The notes beneath the pieces are model-generated. The model saw nothing but the letters and a program-made list of their open reading frames with translations. It was not told the origin of the DNA and ran no database searches. A program made the position numbers and the translations under genes. From Candidatus Nomurabacteria bacterium (lineage in GTDB: Bacteria; Patescibacteriota; Minisyncoccia; Phycocordibacterales; JACOZG01), in contig JADLCI010000007.1 in assembly GCA_020847275.1 (NCBI GenBank), forward strand, positions 108,272-172,271: a stretch of 64,000 nucleotides of DNA, read 5' to 3'. This document shows positions 48,709 to 57,959 of the stretch, piece by piece (position 1 is the stretch's first letter; every line of letters starts with the position of its first letter).

Positions 48709-50454
48709 ATGAAGACCTATGAACACTTGACTTGTTATTTACGTTCTGATAGGATGGCCCGTATCAGCATGCGCAAGGATATCCAAGCAAAACTTAAAGA
48801 AATGCCAGAGTTACTTTCCATCAGCCAGGTGGCAGAAATTTTCTCTATCCACCAGGACACCCTCCGCAACTGGGAGAAAGAAGGCATCCTGGTACCGCTC
48901 CGAGCTGGTAAGCGCGGGGACCGCAAATACCGCCCGCAAGACATCCAGACAATTGTCGACAAGATGGGTAGCAAGCTCACCCTCCCGCAACTCGAGCAGT
49001 TTCTCTGGAAGAGCGCCGACATCCTTCGGGGCAAAATCGACAGCTCTGACTACAAAAAATATATCTTCGGCCTCCTCTTTTACAAACGTATCAGCGACGT
49101 CTGGGACGAGGAATACGCGAAGGTGATGGATGAGTTCAAAGACGAGACGATTGCTCGTGCCGATTATAATCACCGCTTTCAGGTGCCGAAGGAGTGTCGC
49201 TGGTCGGTCGTGGAGGAGCGGGCAGAAAATATCGGCAAGAAGCTCAACGAGATTTTTGAGAAGCTTGCCAACGCGAACAGCCCGAAGCTCGACAGGATTT
49301 TTGAGGACCTCGATTTCGCCAACAAGGATCGTTTCCCGAATGAGACGACCCAGCGACTCATCAACCACTTTTCCCAATACAATTTTGGCGACACTTATAT
49401 AAACTCTGACCTCTTGGGCGACGCATACGAGTATCTCATCAAACAGTTCGCGGCGGACGCCGGCAAAAAAGGCGGCGAGTTCTACACCCCGCGCGAAGTC
49501 GAGCGTGTCATCATCGAGATCCTCAAACCCCACAAGAAAGACCACATCTACGATCCAACTGTCGGCTCTGGCGGCTTCCTTCTCGAGGCTTTCCATTACC
49601 TCAAAGAAAAAGAGAACGAGCAGGTGGCACGCACTCTCTATCTCTACGGTCAGGAAATAAACATCGGCACCTTTGCAATCGCTAAAATCAACATGTTCCT
49701 CCACGGTCTTGATAGCGCCGATATCCAGCGTGGGGATACGTTAGCCAATCCGCAGTTCCTTAATCCGAACGGCTCTCTCAAAACATTCGACATCTGCGTA
49801 GCCAATCCGCCCTACTCAATCAACGACTGGGAATACGAGATGTTCAAATCCGACAAATACGGTCGGATAGACGGGTACGAACTACCGCCAAATAAAAATG
49901 CGGACTACGCCTTCGTCCTCCACATTATAAAGTCCATGAACTCAAATGGTCGCGCGGGCATCGTACTCCCGCACGGTGTGCTCTTCCGTGGCGGTTCCGA
50001 GGGGCGCATCCGCGAACAGATACTCAAGAACGACCTTATAGAAGCCGTCATCGCGCTCCCGCCGAAGCTCTTTTATGGCACGGGCATCCCTGCGGCCATC
50101 CTCATTTTCAACAAGAACAAGCCGAAGGAACGTCAGGGCAGAGTGCTTATTATTGATGCCGAAAAGGATTTTTCCGAAGGCAAGAACCAAAACTCACTCC
50201 GCTTTCAAGACATACAGAAAATTGTTAAGGCCCACGCTGGGTACAAGGATGTAGAAGGATACGCTCGCGTCGTCGGCTTCAAAGAGATTGAGGAGAACGA
50301 ATTCAACCTCAACGTGCGGCGCTACATCGAGAACGGCGACAAGGAGGAAGAGGTAGATGTGTCAGTGGTCCGAAAGGAGCTCGCCGTTCTCGAGAAGGAA
50401 CGTGAGGAGATAGGTAAAAGGGTTGAAAAGTATTTAACAGAGTTGAAGTATTAA
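48709..50454 (+). CDS. hsdM: Type I R-M methyltransferase subunit HsdM with an N-terminal MerR/excisionase-type HTH extension
   Basis: Motif I DPTVGSGGFL and motif IV NPPY (VANPPYSINDW). The canonical HsdM N-terminus (LEQFLWKSADILRGKID) begins at about residue 85. Residues ~20-80 form the HTH (LLSISQVAEIFSIHQDTLRNWEKEGILVPLR). Confidence 0.85.
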   Translation: MKTYEHLTCYLRSDRMARISMRKDIQAKLKEMPELLSISQVAEIFSIHQDTLRNWEKEGILVPLRAGKRGDRKYRPQDIQTIVDKMGSKLTLPQLEQFLWKSADILRGKIDSSDYKKYIFGLLFYKRISDVWDEEYAKVMDEFKDETIARADYNHRFQVPKECRWSVVEERAENIGKKLNEIFEKLANANSPKLDRIFEDLDFANKDRFPNETTQRLINHFSQYNFGDTYINSDLLGDAYEYLIKQFAADAGKKGGEFYTPREVERVIIEILKPHKKDHIYDPTVGSGGFLLEAFHYLKEKENEQVARTLYLYGQEINIGTFAIAKINMFLHGLDSADIQRGDTLANPQFLNPNGSLKTFDICVANPPYSINDWEYEMFKSDKYGRIDGYELPPNKNADYAFVLHIIKSMNSNGRAGIVLPHGVLFRGGSEGRIREQILKNDLIEAVIALPPKLFYGTGIPAAILIFNKNKPKERQGRVLIIDAEKDFSEGKNQNSLRFQDIQKIVKAHAGYKDVEGYARVVGFKEIEENEFNLNVRRYIENGDKEEEVDVSVVRKELAVLEKEREEIGKRVEKYLTELKY

Positions 50455-50457
50455 CAT

Positions 50458-51264
50458 ATGACAAACATGGACATACAACAAGAAAAAGAGGAGAAGTTCG
50501 TCGACAAACACGATTTTTACTTTGAGGCACCTTTGTATGAAGCTATCGAAGTGAGCAGGTTGGAGGGTGACATATTCAGTGGTGATGTGGATGCGTACAA
50601 CACCGCAAGTGGTTTTGACACCACTTATGAAATAAAAACGGGTCATATCGGGTATCACGATAACGACTTCCGAGGTTTTTATACAGTTGTCCTAACCTGC
50701 AAAAGAAAGGGTGAAGATAAGTTGCGTTTTTTTGTTTACAGAAGTAAAGAGTTAGTTATTAAACTCGGTCAATTTCCGTCTTTGGCAGACATACAGTTCG
50801 CTGAAATCGGAAAGAAATACGACAGCGTGTTGCCGAAAGAAGATTTAAAAAATCTCAAGAAAGCTATCGGCCTCGTTGCGCACGGCGCGGGTGCCGGGTC
50901 ATTCGTATATCTTCGGCGGATTTTCGAGAATCTTATACTCGCAACATTCAAACAGAACATGGCTGCTGTCGGTGTCTCCGAAGCGGACTTCAAGACCAAT
51001 CGTATGGAAGATAAAGTGGAGGCGCTGAGGACGTTTTTGCCTAGCCAGCTCCTTGAGATGAAATCTATCTACGGAATTCTGAGCAAGGGCGTGCACGAAT
51101 TGAGCGAAGAAGAGTGCCTCAAGTACTTCTCCCCGTTGAAGCTCTCAATTGAACTCGTCCTCGATCAAAAGATAGAAGAGGCGACAAAGCGCGGACGGGA
51201 CGCGCTTGTTAAAAAGCAGCTACAGAATATTCATCAAGAGCTTTCTAACGGTGAGACTAAATAA
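50458..51264 (+). CDS. Hypothetical 268-aa protein inserted between hsdM and hsdS (possibly DUF4145-like helical domain)
   Basis: No catalytic motif recognised. C-terminal helical region AIGLVAHGAGAGSFVYLRRIFENLI. Gaps of 3 nt or less to both neighbours. Confidence 0.4.
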   Translation: MTNMDIQQEKEEKFVDKHDFYFEAPLYEAIEVSRLEGDIFSGDVDAYNTASGFDTTYEIKTGHIGYHDNDFRGFYTVVLTCKRKGEDKLRFFVYRSKELVIKLGQFPSLADIQFAEIGKKYDSVLPKEDLKNLKKAIGLVAHGAGAGSFVYLRRIFENLILATFKQNMAAVGVSEADFKTNRMEDKVEALRTFLPSQLLEMKSIYGILSKGVHELSEEECLKYFSPLKLSIELVLDQKIEEATKRGRDALVKKQLQNIHQELSNGETK

Positions 51265-51266
51265 GT

Positions 51267-52373
51267 ATGGCTACTGCGCCCCAAAAAAATATTCCCAACG
51301 GTTGGCAACAAGCAAGACTCGGGGATATTTCTGATATCACAAATGGAAAGACCAATACGCAGGATGCTGTTACTCACGGGGAATATCCTCTCTTCGATCG
51401 CTCGGTCGCAATAAAGAGGAGTAATAAATATCTTTTTGACGACACCGCCGTCATCCTCCCGGGTGAGGGAGCAGAGTTTGTGCCCCGCTACTACAGTGGC
51501 AAGTTCGATCTGCATCAGAGAGTGTATGCTATTTTCCCGAACGAGACGGTTTATCCTCTATTTTTATATCAATATTTGTACGCAAATCGTGCAGTCTTCG
51601 CACAAAATGCAGTCGGGAGTACGGTGAAGTCTCTCCGCCTCCCAATTATTCAAGCGGTCGATGTTTTACTGCCCACTCTTCCCGAACAAATGAAGATCGC
51701 GGAAATTTTATCCGCGGTCGATGCAGAAATTCAAAAGACAGACGAAATAATCACCTCTACAGAGAAACTCAAGCACGGGCTTATGAAGCAGTTTCTCTCG
51801 GCCAATAAAAGTTCTACAAAGAAGAGGTTCTCAGAATTGGCGAGTCTCAGAAAAGAAGCCTTCGATCCGAAGACAGAAGCGTCTGAAAAGTATGTTGGGT
51901 TAGAACATATTGATCAAAACTCAGGAGCATTGCTCGGATTTGGTGACTCCATTGAAACGGCAAGCATAAAAACAAGATTTTATGCCGGTGACATTTTGTT
52001 TGGGAAGTTGCGCCCCTATCTACGGAAATACTGGAAAGCAAACTTTAGTGGAGTTTGTACTACGGAGATACTCGTCTTCCAGCCTAAAGAAAAGAGAGAC
52101 GCCGAGTTTATTTTTTACCTTACTCAGTCGGATCAGTTTATAAATCATTCAAACTCGAAATCGTTTGGTACCAAAATGCCTCGAACAGATTGGAATATCG
52201 TTTCCGAGTTTGAGTTTTTCGCTCCCTCTCCAATAAAGAGACAGGAAATTGGGACCTTGCTGACTCTTATCGATCAAAGAACCTCAATCAACCGAAAAAT
52301 GAGAGGACGGTTAGTTCTCCTTAAGAAAGGTCTTATGCACGATCTTTTGAGCGGTAAGAAAAAAACAATATGA
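51267..52373 (+). CDS. hsdS: Type I R-M specificity subunit HsdS
   Basis: Two target-recognition domains separated by a conserved central helix (LPTLPEQMKIAEILSAVDAEI). C-terminal conserved helix. Confidence 0.8.
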   Translation: MATAPQKNIPNGWQQARLGDISDITNGKTNTQDAVTHGEYPLFDRSVAIKRSNKYLFDDTAVILPGEGAEFVPRYYSGKFDLHQRVYAIFPNETVYPLFLYQYLYANRAVFAQNAVGSTVKSLRLPIIQAVDVLLPTLPEQMKIAEILSAVDAEIQKTDEIITSTEKLKHGLMKQFLSANKSSTKKRFSELASLRKEAFDPKTEASEKYVGLEHIDQNSGALLGFGDSIETASIKTRFYAGDILFGKLRPYLRKYWKANFSGVCTTEILVFQPKEKRDAEFIFYLTQSDQFINHSNSKSFGTKMPRTDWNIVSEFEFFAPSPIKRQEIGTLLTLIDQRTSINRKMRGRLVLLKKGLMHDLLSGKKKTI

Positions 52374-53653
52374 CCACTGAAACGCTAAAGAATAAGACAA
52401 GGACGAAGGAGATATATCATGCGGCTAATACCGACCCCGTTTTCGATGTTAAGTCTCGTGAGGTAATGAGAGGGAAACTTTACGAGATCGTTTTTCCTTT
52501 CAATCGCCAGGGTAAGCAGAAGTACTCACTCATCTCGGAAATTCACTTCGATGGGGTGAGCCGTCTCGATCTCAAGGGTATGAGGGGTATGACGCGCGGC
52601 TATGGCTTCACGCAGGACACCGTCCCCATTGTATCGACTTTGAACGAAACTTTCCCCGGTGTCACAAAGATAATAATTTCTACTAAAACAACATCGATAA
52701 ACCTACGGAAGAGCGAGCTCGTGTTGAATGTCGACGACTATAAGACTATTTATTCCACAATCCGTCCTAAAAATCAGAAGCACTCTAAGGATCAGAAGGT
52801 TACGATCCATAATATTTTGGCACAAACAGGTGGACTAGGTCTTAAGGCAAAGAAAATTCCTTACGTTGCAGGCACAATTAAGGGAATTTTGAGAGAAGTT
52901 TCTTCCTCGGGCGGGAAGTTATCAGATGTCGACTCCGGCGCGCTACTTGATTTTGCGCAGAACAAGATTGAAAACTATGACGTCGACGCCGCTACGCTAA
53001 TCCATACGAAGGAAAAAATAGACAAGGTCTATTTTGAGAAAGTCATCGCGCGGTTTGAGAAACTGCTTGCCCTCAAAAAAGGGGTCGGCGCAAAGAAGCT
53101 GGAACAACGGTGGCACAATTTCTTCAAAGATAACTCTTGGATCTTCTCGTACTTGTTTGCCGCGCCCCATTTTCTTTTCCAGGATGAGTATTATGTTGGT
53201 GGGCAAAAAGGCACGGGCAAAGAAGCGCGATATGCCGATTTCATTTATAAAAATAAGCTGACGGGCAGCGCAACCATAATCGAAATTAAAACTCACAGAA
53301 CGAAAACGCTTCACAACACAGCCTACCGCTCTGCCGGGAAGGTATACCCGATTTCTTCAGATATCACGGGAGCAATAAATCAGGTCCTAGATCAAAAGAA
53401 TACCCTCCTCAAGAATTACTCGACCGTAGCGCAAGGCGATTTTGAGATCTTTGATCCGCGCTGCGTCATCGTTGTTGGCAACACCAAAGATATTCCGAAG
53501 GAGAGGGTAAAGAATTTCGATATGTTCCGATCGAATTTGAGGAATATAGAAATTATTTGCTTTGATGAACTTCTAGAAAAAGCGAAGCTGCTTTTGAGCC
53601 ATTTCATTAAGCCAAAGGGCTCCAAGAAGAAGAAAAATAAGAAGATAAAGTGA
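52370..53653 (+). CDS. Shedu/DUF4263-like PD-(D/E)xK nuclease with an unknown N-terminal domain, embedded between hsdS and hsdR
   Basis: C-terminal YADFIYKNKLTGSATIIEIKTHR (D...ExK), then AINQVLDQ, CVIVVGNTKD and terminal IEIICFDELLEKA, matching the DUF4263 layout. ATGA overlap with hsdS and a 1-nt gap to hsdR. Confidence 0.5.
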   Translation: MTTETLKNKTRTKEIYHAANTDPVFDVKSREVMRGKLYEIVFPFNRQGKQKYSLISEIHFDGVSRLDLKGMRGMTRGYGFTQDTVPIVSTLNETFPGVTKIIISTKTTSINLRKSELVLNVDDYKTIYSTIRPKNQKHSKDQKVTIHNILAQTGGLGLKAKKIPYVAGTIKGILREVSSSGGKLSDVDSGALLDFAQNKIENYDVDAATLIHTKEKIDKVYFEKVIARFEKLLALKKGVGAKKLEQRWHNFFKDNSWIFSYLFAAPHFLFQDEYYVGGQKGTGKEARYADFIYKNKLTGSATIIEIKTHRTKTLHNTAYRSAGKVYPISSDITGAINQVLDQKNTLLKNYSTVAQGDFEIFDPRCVIVVGNTKDIPKERVKNFDMFRSNLRNIEIICFDELLEKAKLLLSHFIKPKGSKKKKNKKIK

Positions 53654-53654
53654 T

Positions 53655-56561
53655 ATGAAATTCAACGAACAATACACGGTAGAAAATCACGTCATCAAGT
53701 TTCTCAAGGAGAGGCTCGGTTACGAATACATCAAGCCGCAAGAGTTTGCTAAGCTCCGCGAGTTTGAGAATGAGTACATCATTACCCCCCCACTGCTTGA
53801 GGCGGTCAAAAGGATCAATGGCATTGACGAAGATGGGGCGCTCTCTGTCGTTCGTGAGGTGAAGAAGATTGATAACAACGAGGCGTTTCTTGAAGCGCTT
53901 CGCTATGGCGTAAATCTCAAGGATCCGCAGACCGGCAAAATGCGGGACTATCTCATTGTTGACTTTGATAACCCTTCTAATAACCATTTTGTCGTCACAA
54001 ACCAGTTCTACTTTGAGGGCAACTCCGAGAATATCCGTCCAGACGTAATGGTGTTTTTGAATGGACTCCCGGTTGTGGACATCGAAGCAAAAAGTCCGAC
54101 AGCCGCAAGTAGTGTGGATTACTCGAAGGCCGTAGGGCAGATAAAACGCTACGAGCGCAATGCCTTTAAGCTCTTTTGGACTAACTGTTTCAACATTGCG
54201 ACCGACGGGCTCCAGACGGTGTACGGCGCGACCCATGCTCCTGCGCAGAATTTTCTGCACTGGAAGGACGAGGAACTTGAAAAGGCCGAGGGTGGCGAGC
54301 TAGAAATGACGCTGGTGGCTCTGCTTGAGAAGAATCGTCTCTTGGATGTTGTCCAGAACTTTATCGTCTTCGAGAAAGAGAAGGAGCAGACGGTTAAGAA
54401 AATAGCCCGCTACCAGCAACTTCGCGCGACGAACAAGATCGTCGAGCGAGTACTTGGTGGAGAAAAAAAGCGTGGGCTCATCTGGCACACTCAAGGGTCA
54501 GGCAAATCGCTCACGATGTACTTTACTGCCTGGAAACTGCGCTTCAATAAAGAACTCAAGAACCCTAAGGTGTTTATTCTCGTTGACCGCATCGACCTGG
54601 ACGACCAGATTTACGAAACATTTATTAATTGTGGCGGGAAGAATGTGATACGCGTCGAGTCACGCGTCGATTTGGAGCAGAAAATCCAGTCTCCCGAGCG
54701 CGGGATTTTCATCTCTACGATCCAGAAGTTCTCGGAGCTCGGTGATTCGATAAAGAGTTTTGATGAGAATGTGATTGTGCTCTCAGACGAGGCCCACCGT
54801 GATAACGAGGGTATCTCCGCTATTAATTTGCGGAGTGCCATGGGCAGTGCCTTCTTCTTTGGCTTCACCGGAACGCCCATCGACCGCGTCACTCTCAATA
54901 CACACCGCAATTTCGGGCAGGACGGCGAGCGATATTTGGATTACTACTCTATTCAGCAAGCGATTGACGACGGTGCGACGCTTCCGGTTACCTACGAGGC
55001 GCGACTCTCAAAATTCTTCATTGACGAGGAGAAGCTCGATAAGCAGTTTGAAGAGCTGACTCAAGGGCTCTCAGAAAAAGAAAAGGACGCGGTGGCTAAG
55101 AAGTACGGCAAGAAGGAAGCAATCGTGAAGCTCGACAGACGCATGGAAGCCGTCGCCCGCGATATCGTTGAGCACTACCGACTCTACGTAGAACCGGCGG
55201 GATTTAAGGCACAGATTGTCTGCTACGACCGCGAAGCGGTAGCGAAGTATAAGAAGCTCTTGGATCAGCTGGTACCCAAGGAGTGGTCGGAGGTGGTGTA
55301 TTCGCCCGGCGATCCAAACACCGACACGGAAGACCTGCGCAAGTACAACACGACCAAGGCAAAGCGAGAGAAGATTATCAACGAGTTCAAGGACCCTGCA
55401 AGTCCTCTCAAATTCCTGCTGGTCTGCGACATGCTTCTTACGGGCTTCGATGCTCCGGTTGAACAGATAATGTATCTCGACAAGCCGCTCTGGGATCACA
55501 ATCTCCTGCAAGCAATCGCTCGCACAAACCGCGTCTACCCAAACAAAGGCGCAGGAAAGGTAATTGATTACTACGGCGTCACCAAGAGTCTCTACAAAGC
55601 GCTCGATTTTGACGAGAGTGTGGTCGACTCGGCCATGATCAACATCGATAAGCTCAAGGAAGAGTTTGTTGAAGTGCTTGAGGAGATTATGAATATCTTT
55701 ACGGGCATCAATATCGAAGACCCGTCGATTGATAACCTGCGTCGCTGTCTCAAGATATTTGCTGAGAATTTGGACAAACAGAAATTTCTGCGTAGCAAGT
55801 ATGCGCGGCTCAAACTGTTGTTTGAGATACTCTCTCCCGATCCGTTCTTGAAGGAACACGTGCGCGCCTTTGAGTGGCTTACCAGCGTGTATTTGGCTTT
55901 CGATAAAGAATATGGGGCAAAGATGTCCGATGCAGAACTTCTCGCTGAATATGGTGAGAAAGTAAAACAGCTCATCCAGCAACGCGTTGACTACGAGGGT
56001 ATCACTAAGAACTTCCGCGAGCTTAACGTGAACGATCTCTATGTGATGGAACGGCTTAACAAAATGGACGATGAGGAGAAAGCTCTCAATCTTGAGAAAA
56101 TGCTCAAGCAGGAAATCTCCATCAACGTCGATACCAATCCAGCGTACAAAAAATTCAGCGAACGACTTGCCCTCATCCGCAAGGAGTTTGAACAGCACCA
56201 GATTGACCTCTCCGAGCGCATCAAGCGCTATCAGCAACTCCTCGAGGACATAAAGAAAAAAGGAGACGAGGCAAAAGAGCTTGGATACTCGCTCAAGGAG
56301 TACGGACTATATGTCATTTCTACCGAATTTATTGAGGGGGACAAGGATGTGATTCGAGAGTTCATTAAGGAGATGACGAAGCGGCTTGAGGATATACTCG
56401 ACGAAGGATGGCAGGAGTCGTCTAAGCGTGAAGAATTTCTCAAGGAGGTAAAGCGTATCGTGCAGGAACTTGTGCTCAGAGAGTATAAGGACCGCATAAA
56501 AGCCGCCGACTTCCAAAAATATCTCAATCGGCTGGTTGATATTGTGATCAAAAAATTCTAG
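53655..56561 (+). CDS. hsdR: Type I R-M restriction subunit HsdR (SF2 helicase-nuclease)
   Basis: N-terminal nuclease region. Walker A HTQGSGKSLT. DEAH box (LSDEAHRD). 968 aa. Confidence 0.85.
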   Translation: MKFNEQYTVENHVIKFLKERLGYEYIKPQEFAKLREFENEYIITPPLLEAVKRINGIDEDGALSVVREVKKIDNNEAFLEALRYGVNLKDPQTGKMRDYLIVDFDNPSNNHFVVTNQFYFEGNSENIRPDVMVFLNGLPVVDIEAKSPTAASSVDYSKAVGQIKRYERNAFKLFWTNCFNIATDGLQTVYGATHAPAQNFLHWKDEELEKAEGGELEMTLVALLEKNRLLDVVQNFIVFEKEKEQTVKKIARYQQLRATNKIVERVLGGEKKRGLIWHTQGSGKSLTMYFTAWKLRFNKELKNPKVFILVDRIDLDDQIYETFINCGGKNVIRVESRVDLEQKIQSPERGIFISTIQKFSELGDSIKSFDENVIVLSDEAHRDNEGISAINLRSAMGSAFFFGFTGTPIDRVTLNTHRNFGQDGERYLDYYSIQQAIDDGATLPVTYEARLSKFFIDEEKLDKQFEELTQGLSEKEKDAVAKKYGKKEAIVKLDRRMEAVARDIVEHYRLYVEPAGFKAQIVCYDREAVAKYKKLLDQLVPKEWSEVVYSPGDPNTDTEDLRKYNTTKAKREKIINEFKDPASPLKFLLVCDMLLTGFDAPVEQIMYLDKPLWDHNLLQAIARTNRVYPNKGAGKVIDYYGVTKSLYKALDFDESVVDSAMINIDKLKEEFVEVLEEIMNIFTGINIEDPSIDNLRRCLKIFAENLDKQKFLRSKYARLKLLFEILSPDPFLKEHVRAFEWLTSVYLAFDKEYGAKMSDAELLAEYGEKVKQLIQQRVDYEGITKNFRELNVNDLYVMERLNKMDDEEKALNLEKMLKQEISINVDTNPAYKKFSERLALIRKEFEQHQIDLSERIKRYQQLLEDIKKKGDEAKELGYSLKEYGLYVISTEFIEGDKDVIREFIKEMTKRLEDILDEGWQESSKREEFLKEVKRIVQELVLREYKDRIKAADFQKYLNRLVDIVIKKF

Positions 56562-56563
56562 CC

Positions 56564-57133
56564 ATGAAAAGAGAAATCGCTCTTCAAAATAAAAAGGTCA
56601 CCTACACTCTCCGGAAGAGCAAGCGAGCTCGAAGAATGCGTCTCGCCGTGTATTGTGACGGTACAATAGTTGTTACTACGCCGTTTGATCTCAAAGAGAC
56701 GGTTGCGGAGAGGTTTATCCGAGAGAAAAGCCAATGGCTTTTCTCAAAGATAGCGTTTTTCGAGCAATTCAAGGGTCTTGCAATTACTCGTTACTCACAC
56801 GAGGACTATCTTAAAAATAAAGACCGCGCTTATGAGCTTGCGATTGAGCGAGTGCAGTATTTCAACAAAAAGCATAAGTTCATTTTTAACAAGATCAATA
56901 TAAAGAATCAGAAGACTCGCTGGGGCAGTTGCTCTAAAAAAGGAAACCTAAATTTTAACTATAAAATTGTGCTGCTTCCGCAACGGCTTGCCGACTACAT
57001 CATCGTTCACGAACTATGCCACCTCAAGGAATTTAATCATTCCAAGAAGTTTTGGAATCTAGTCGAGAAAGTAATTCCTGATTATACAAGGATTAGAGAT
57101 GATCTGAAGAGAAGTGGCGTCACTTTTTACTAA
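56564..57133 (+). CDS. YgjP-like / DUF45 M48-family metallopeptidase, often linked to type I R-M
   Basis: HExxH (IIVHELCHLKE) in the WGSCSKKGNLNFNYKIVLLPQ context. Confidence 0.7.
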   Translation: MKREIALQNKKVTYTLRKSKRARRMRLAVYCDGTIVVTTPFDLKETVAERFIREKSQWLFSKIAFFEQFKGLAITRYSHEDYLKNKDRAYELAIERVQYFNKKHKFIFNKINIKNQKTRWGSCSKKGNLNFNYKIVLLPQRLADYIIVHELCHLKEFNHSKKFWNLVEKVIPDYTRIRDDLKRSGVTFY

Positions 57134-57134
57134 C

Positions 57135-57665
57135 ATGATTCATAAAATCAGAAATTTTATCCAAAGTTTAGAGAAGAGGCAGATTATCGCTTATATCGTC
57201 TTTTTGCTACTCGCCACAATCGTGTTCGTTGGAATGACCTTCTTTAAGGAGACGTTTCAAAAGATTGGATACACGTTACTTCTCATTGAACTCATTCTTC
57301 TAGTGACCGTTGCTTGGGCATTGGCCGGGCATGCGGTAATGAAATCACTCTTTGTTGTCGGCGCTAGTTTATCGCTGATCATTTTTCTCTCGCAAGCATA
57401 CTGCGGAGCCCCCAATCTTTCTCAGGCAGGTAACGATGCGCTCAAGACACTTATTGCTTTTGGTTTTATATACATCGCCACAAATTTTCTCCGAGCACTA
57501 TACAAAGAAGTCACTGATAGGACCAAGGTCCTGAGGCAAGTAAATGGCGGGAAGAGCCCGTGGTTCTTTCTTGTGCCATTTGCGTTGTTTGTCGGCTTGT
57601 TTGTATGGCAGATCGTTCAGATCATTATGCCAATTTTACAAAACCTCTGTATTTACCAAATTTGA
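57135..57665 (+). CDS. Hypothetical polytopic membrane protein
   Basis: Four or five TM helices. Starts 1 nt after the ygjP-like stop. Confidence 0.4.
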   Translation: MIHKIRNFIQSLEKRQIIAYIVFLLLATIVFVGMTFFKETFQKIGYTLLLIELILLVTVAWALAGHAVMKSLFVVGASLSLIIFLSQAYCGAPNLSQAGNDALKTLIAFGFIYIATNFLRALYKEVTDRTKVLRQVNGGKSPWFFLVPFALFVGLFVWQIVQIIMPILQNLCIYQI

Positions 57666-57769
57666 ACCTGTTGGTAACTAACGCTTCGCAATATCTCCTG
57701 ATTAAGCTAGGATGCTTCACGATAGCCAAATGTGCTATCATGCTCCTGACAATTGAATAAGCAAAAGTA

Positions 57770-57915
57770 GCCTAAACTCGGCGTTGCCGGGCATGGTGAA
57801 AAGTCCTATCAAGCCCAGAAAACCCATCATGGGGTCGCTTGATAGGCCATATCGGGAAACTGATATGAGTGGCCGAAAGGCTGCTACCCGTGGTGGGCTT
57901 TCTGTTTTTAAATAA
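57770..57915 (+). ncRNA. Candidate structured RNA (sRNA or cis-regulatory leader) with nested hairpins and a terminal U-run
   Basis: 10-bp stem cctatcaagc/gcttgatagg (57804-57846) enclosing cccat-c-atggg. catatc-N8-gatatg. gcc-GAAA-ggc tetraloop hairpin. ccc-gtggt-ggg then ctttctgttttt. No plausible ORF. Confidence 0.35.
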
Positions 57916-57959
57916 AAACAGAGGTTCATCTCGGCAGATTATTAGTAATTTATAAAACT

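Noticed and set aside
55071-56237. 388-aa antisense ORF inside hsdR, and 297-aa antisense ORF 48811-49704 inside hsdM
   Set aside because: The sense strands carry unambiguous HsdR (Walker A, DEAH) and HsdM (NPPY, FxGxG) motifs. Long antisense ORFs arise here from the G/C-ending codon bias of the island (few stop codons in the complementary frame).
57770-57915. Idea that the structured spacer is SRP (4.5S) RNA or RNase P RNA
   Set aside because: AGCAGCC appears only on the minus strand, where it flanks a UUUC rather than GNRA loop, and the plus-strand context does not match SRP domain IV. The region is far too short for RNase P RNA and lacks its conserved blocks. It is kept only as an unclassified structured-RNA candidate.
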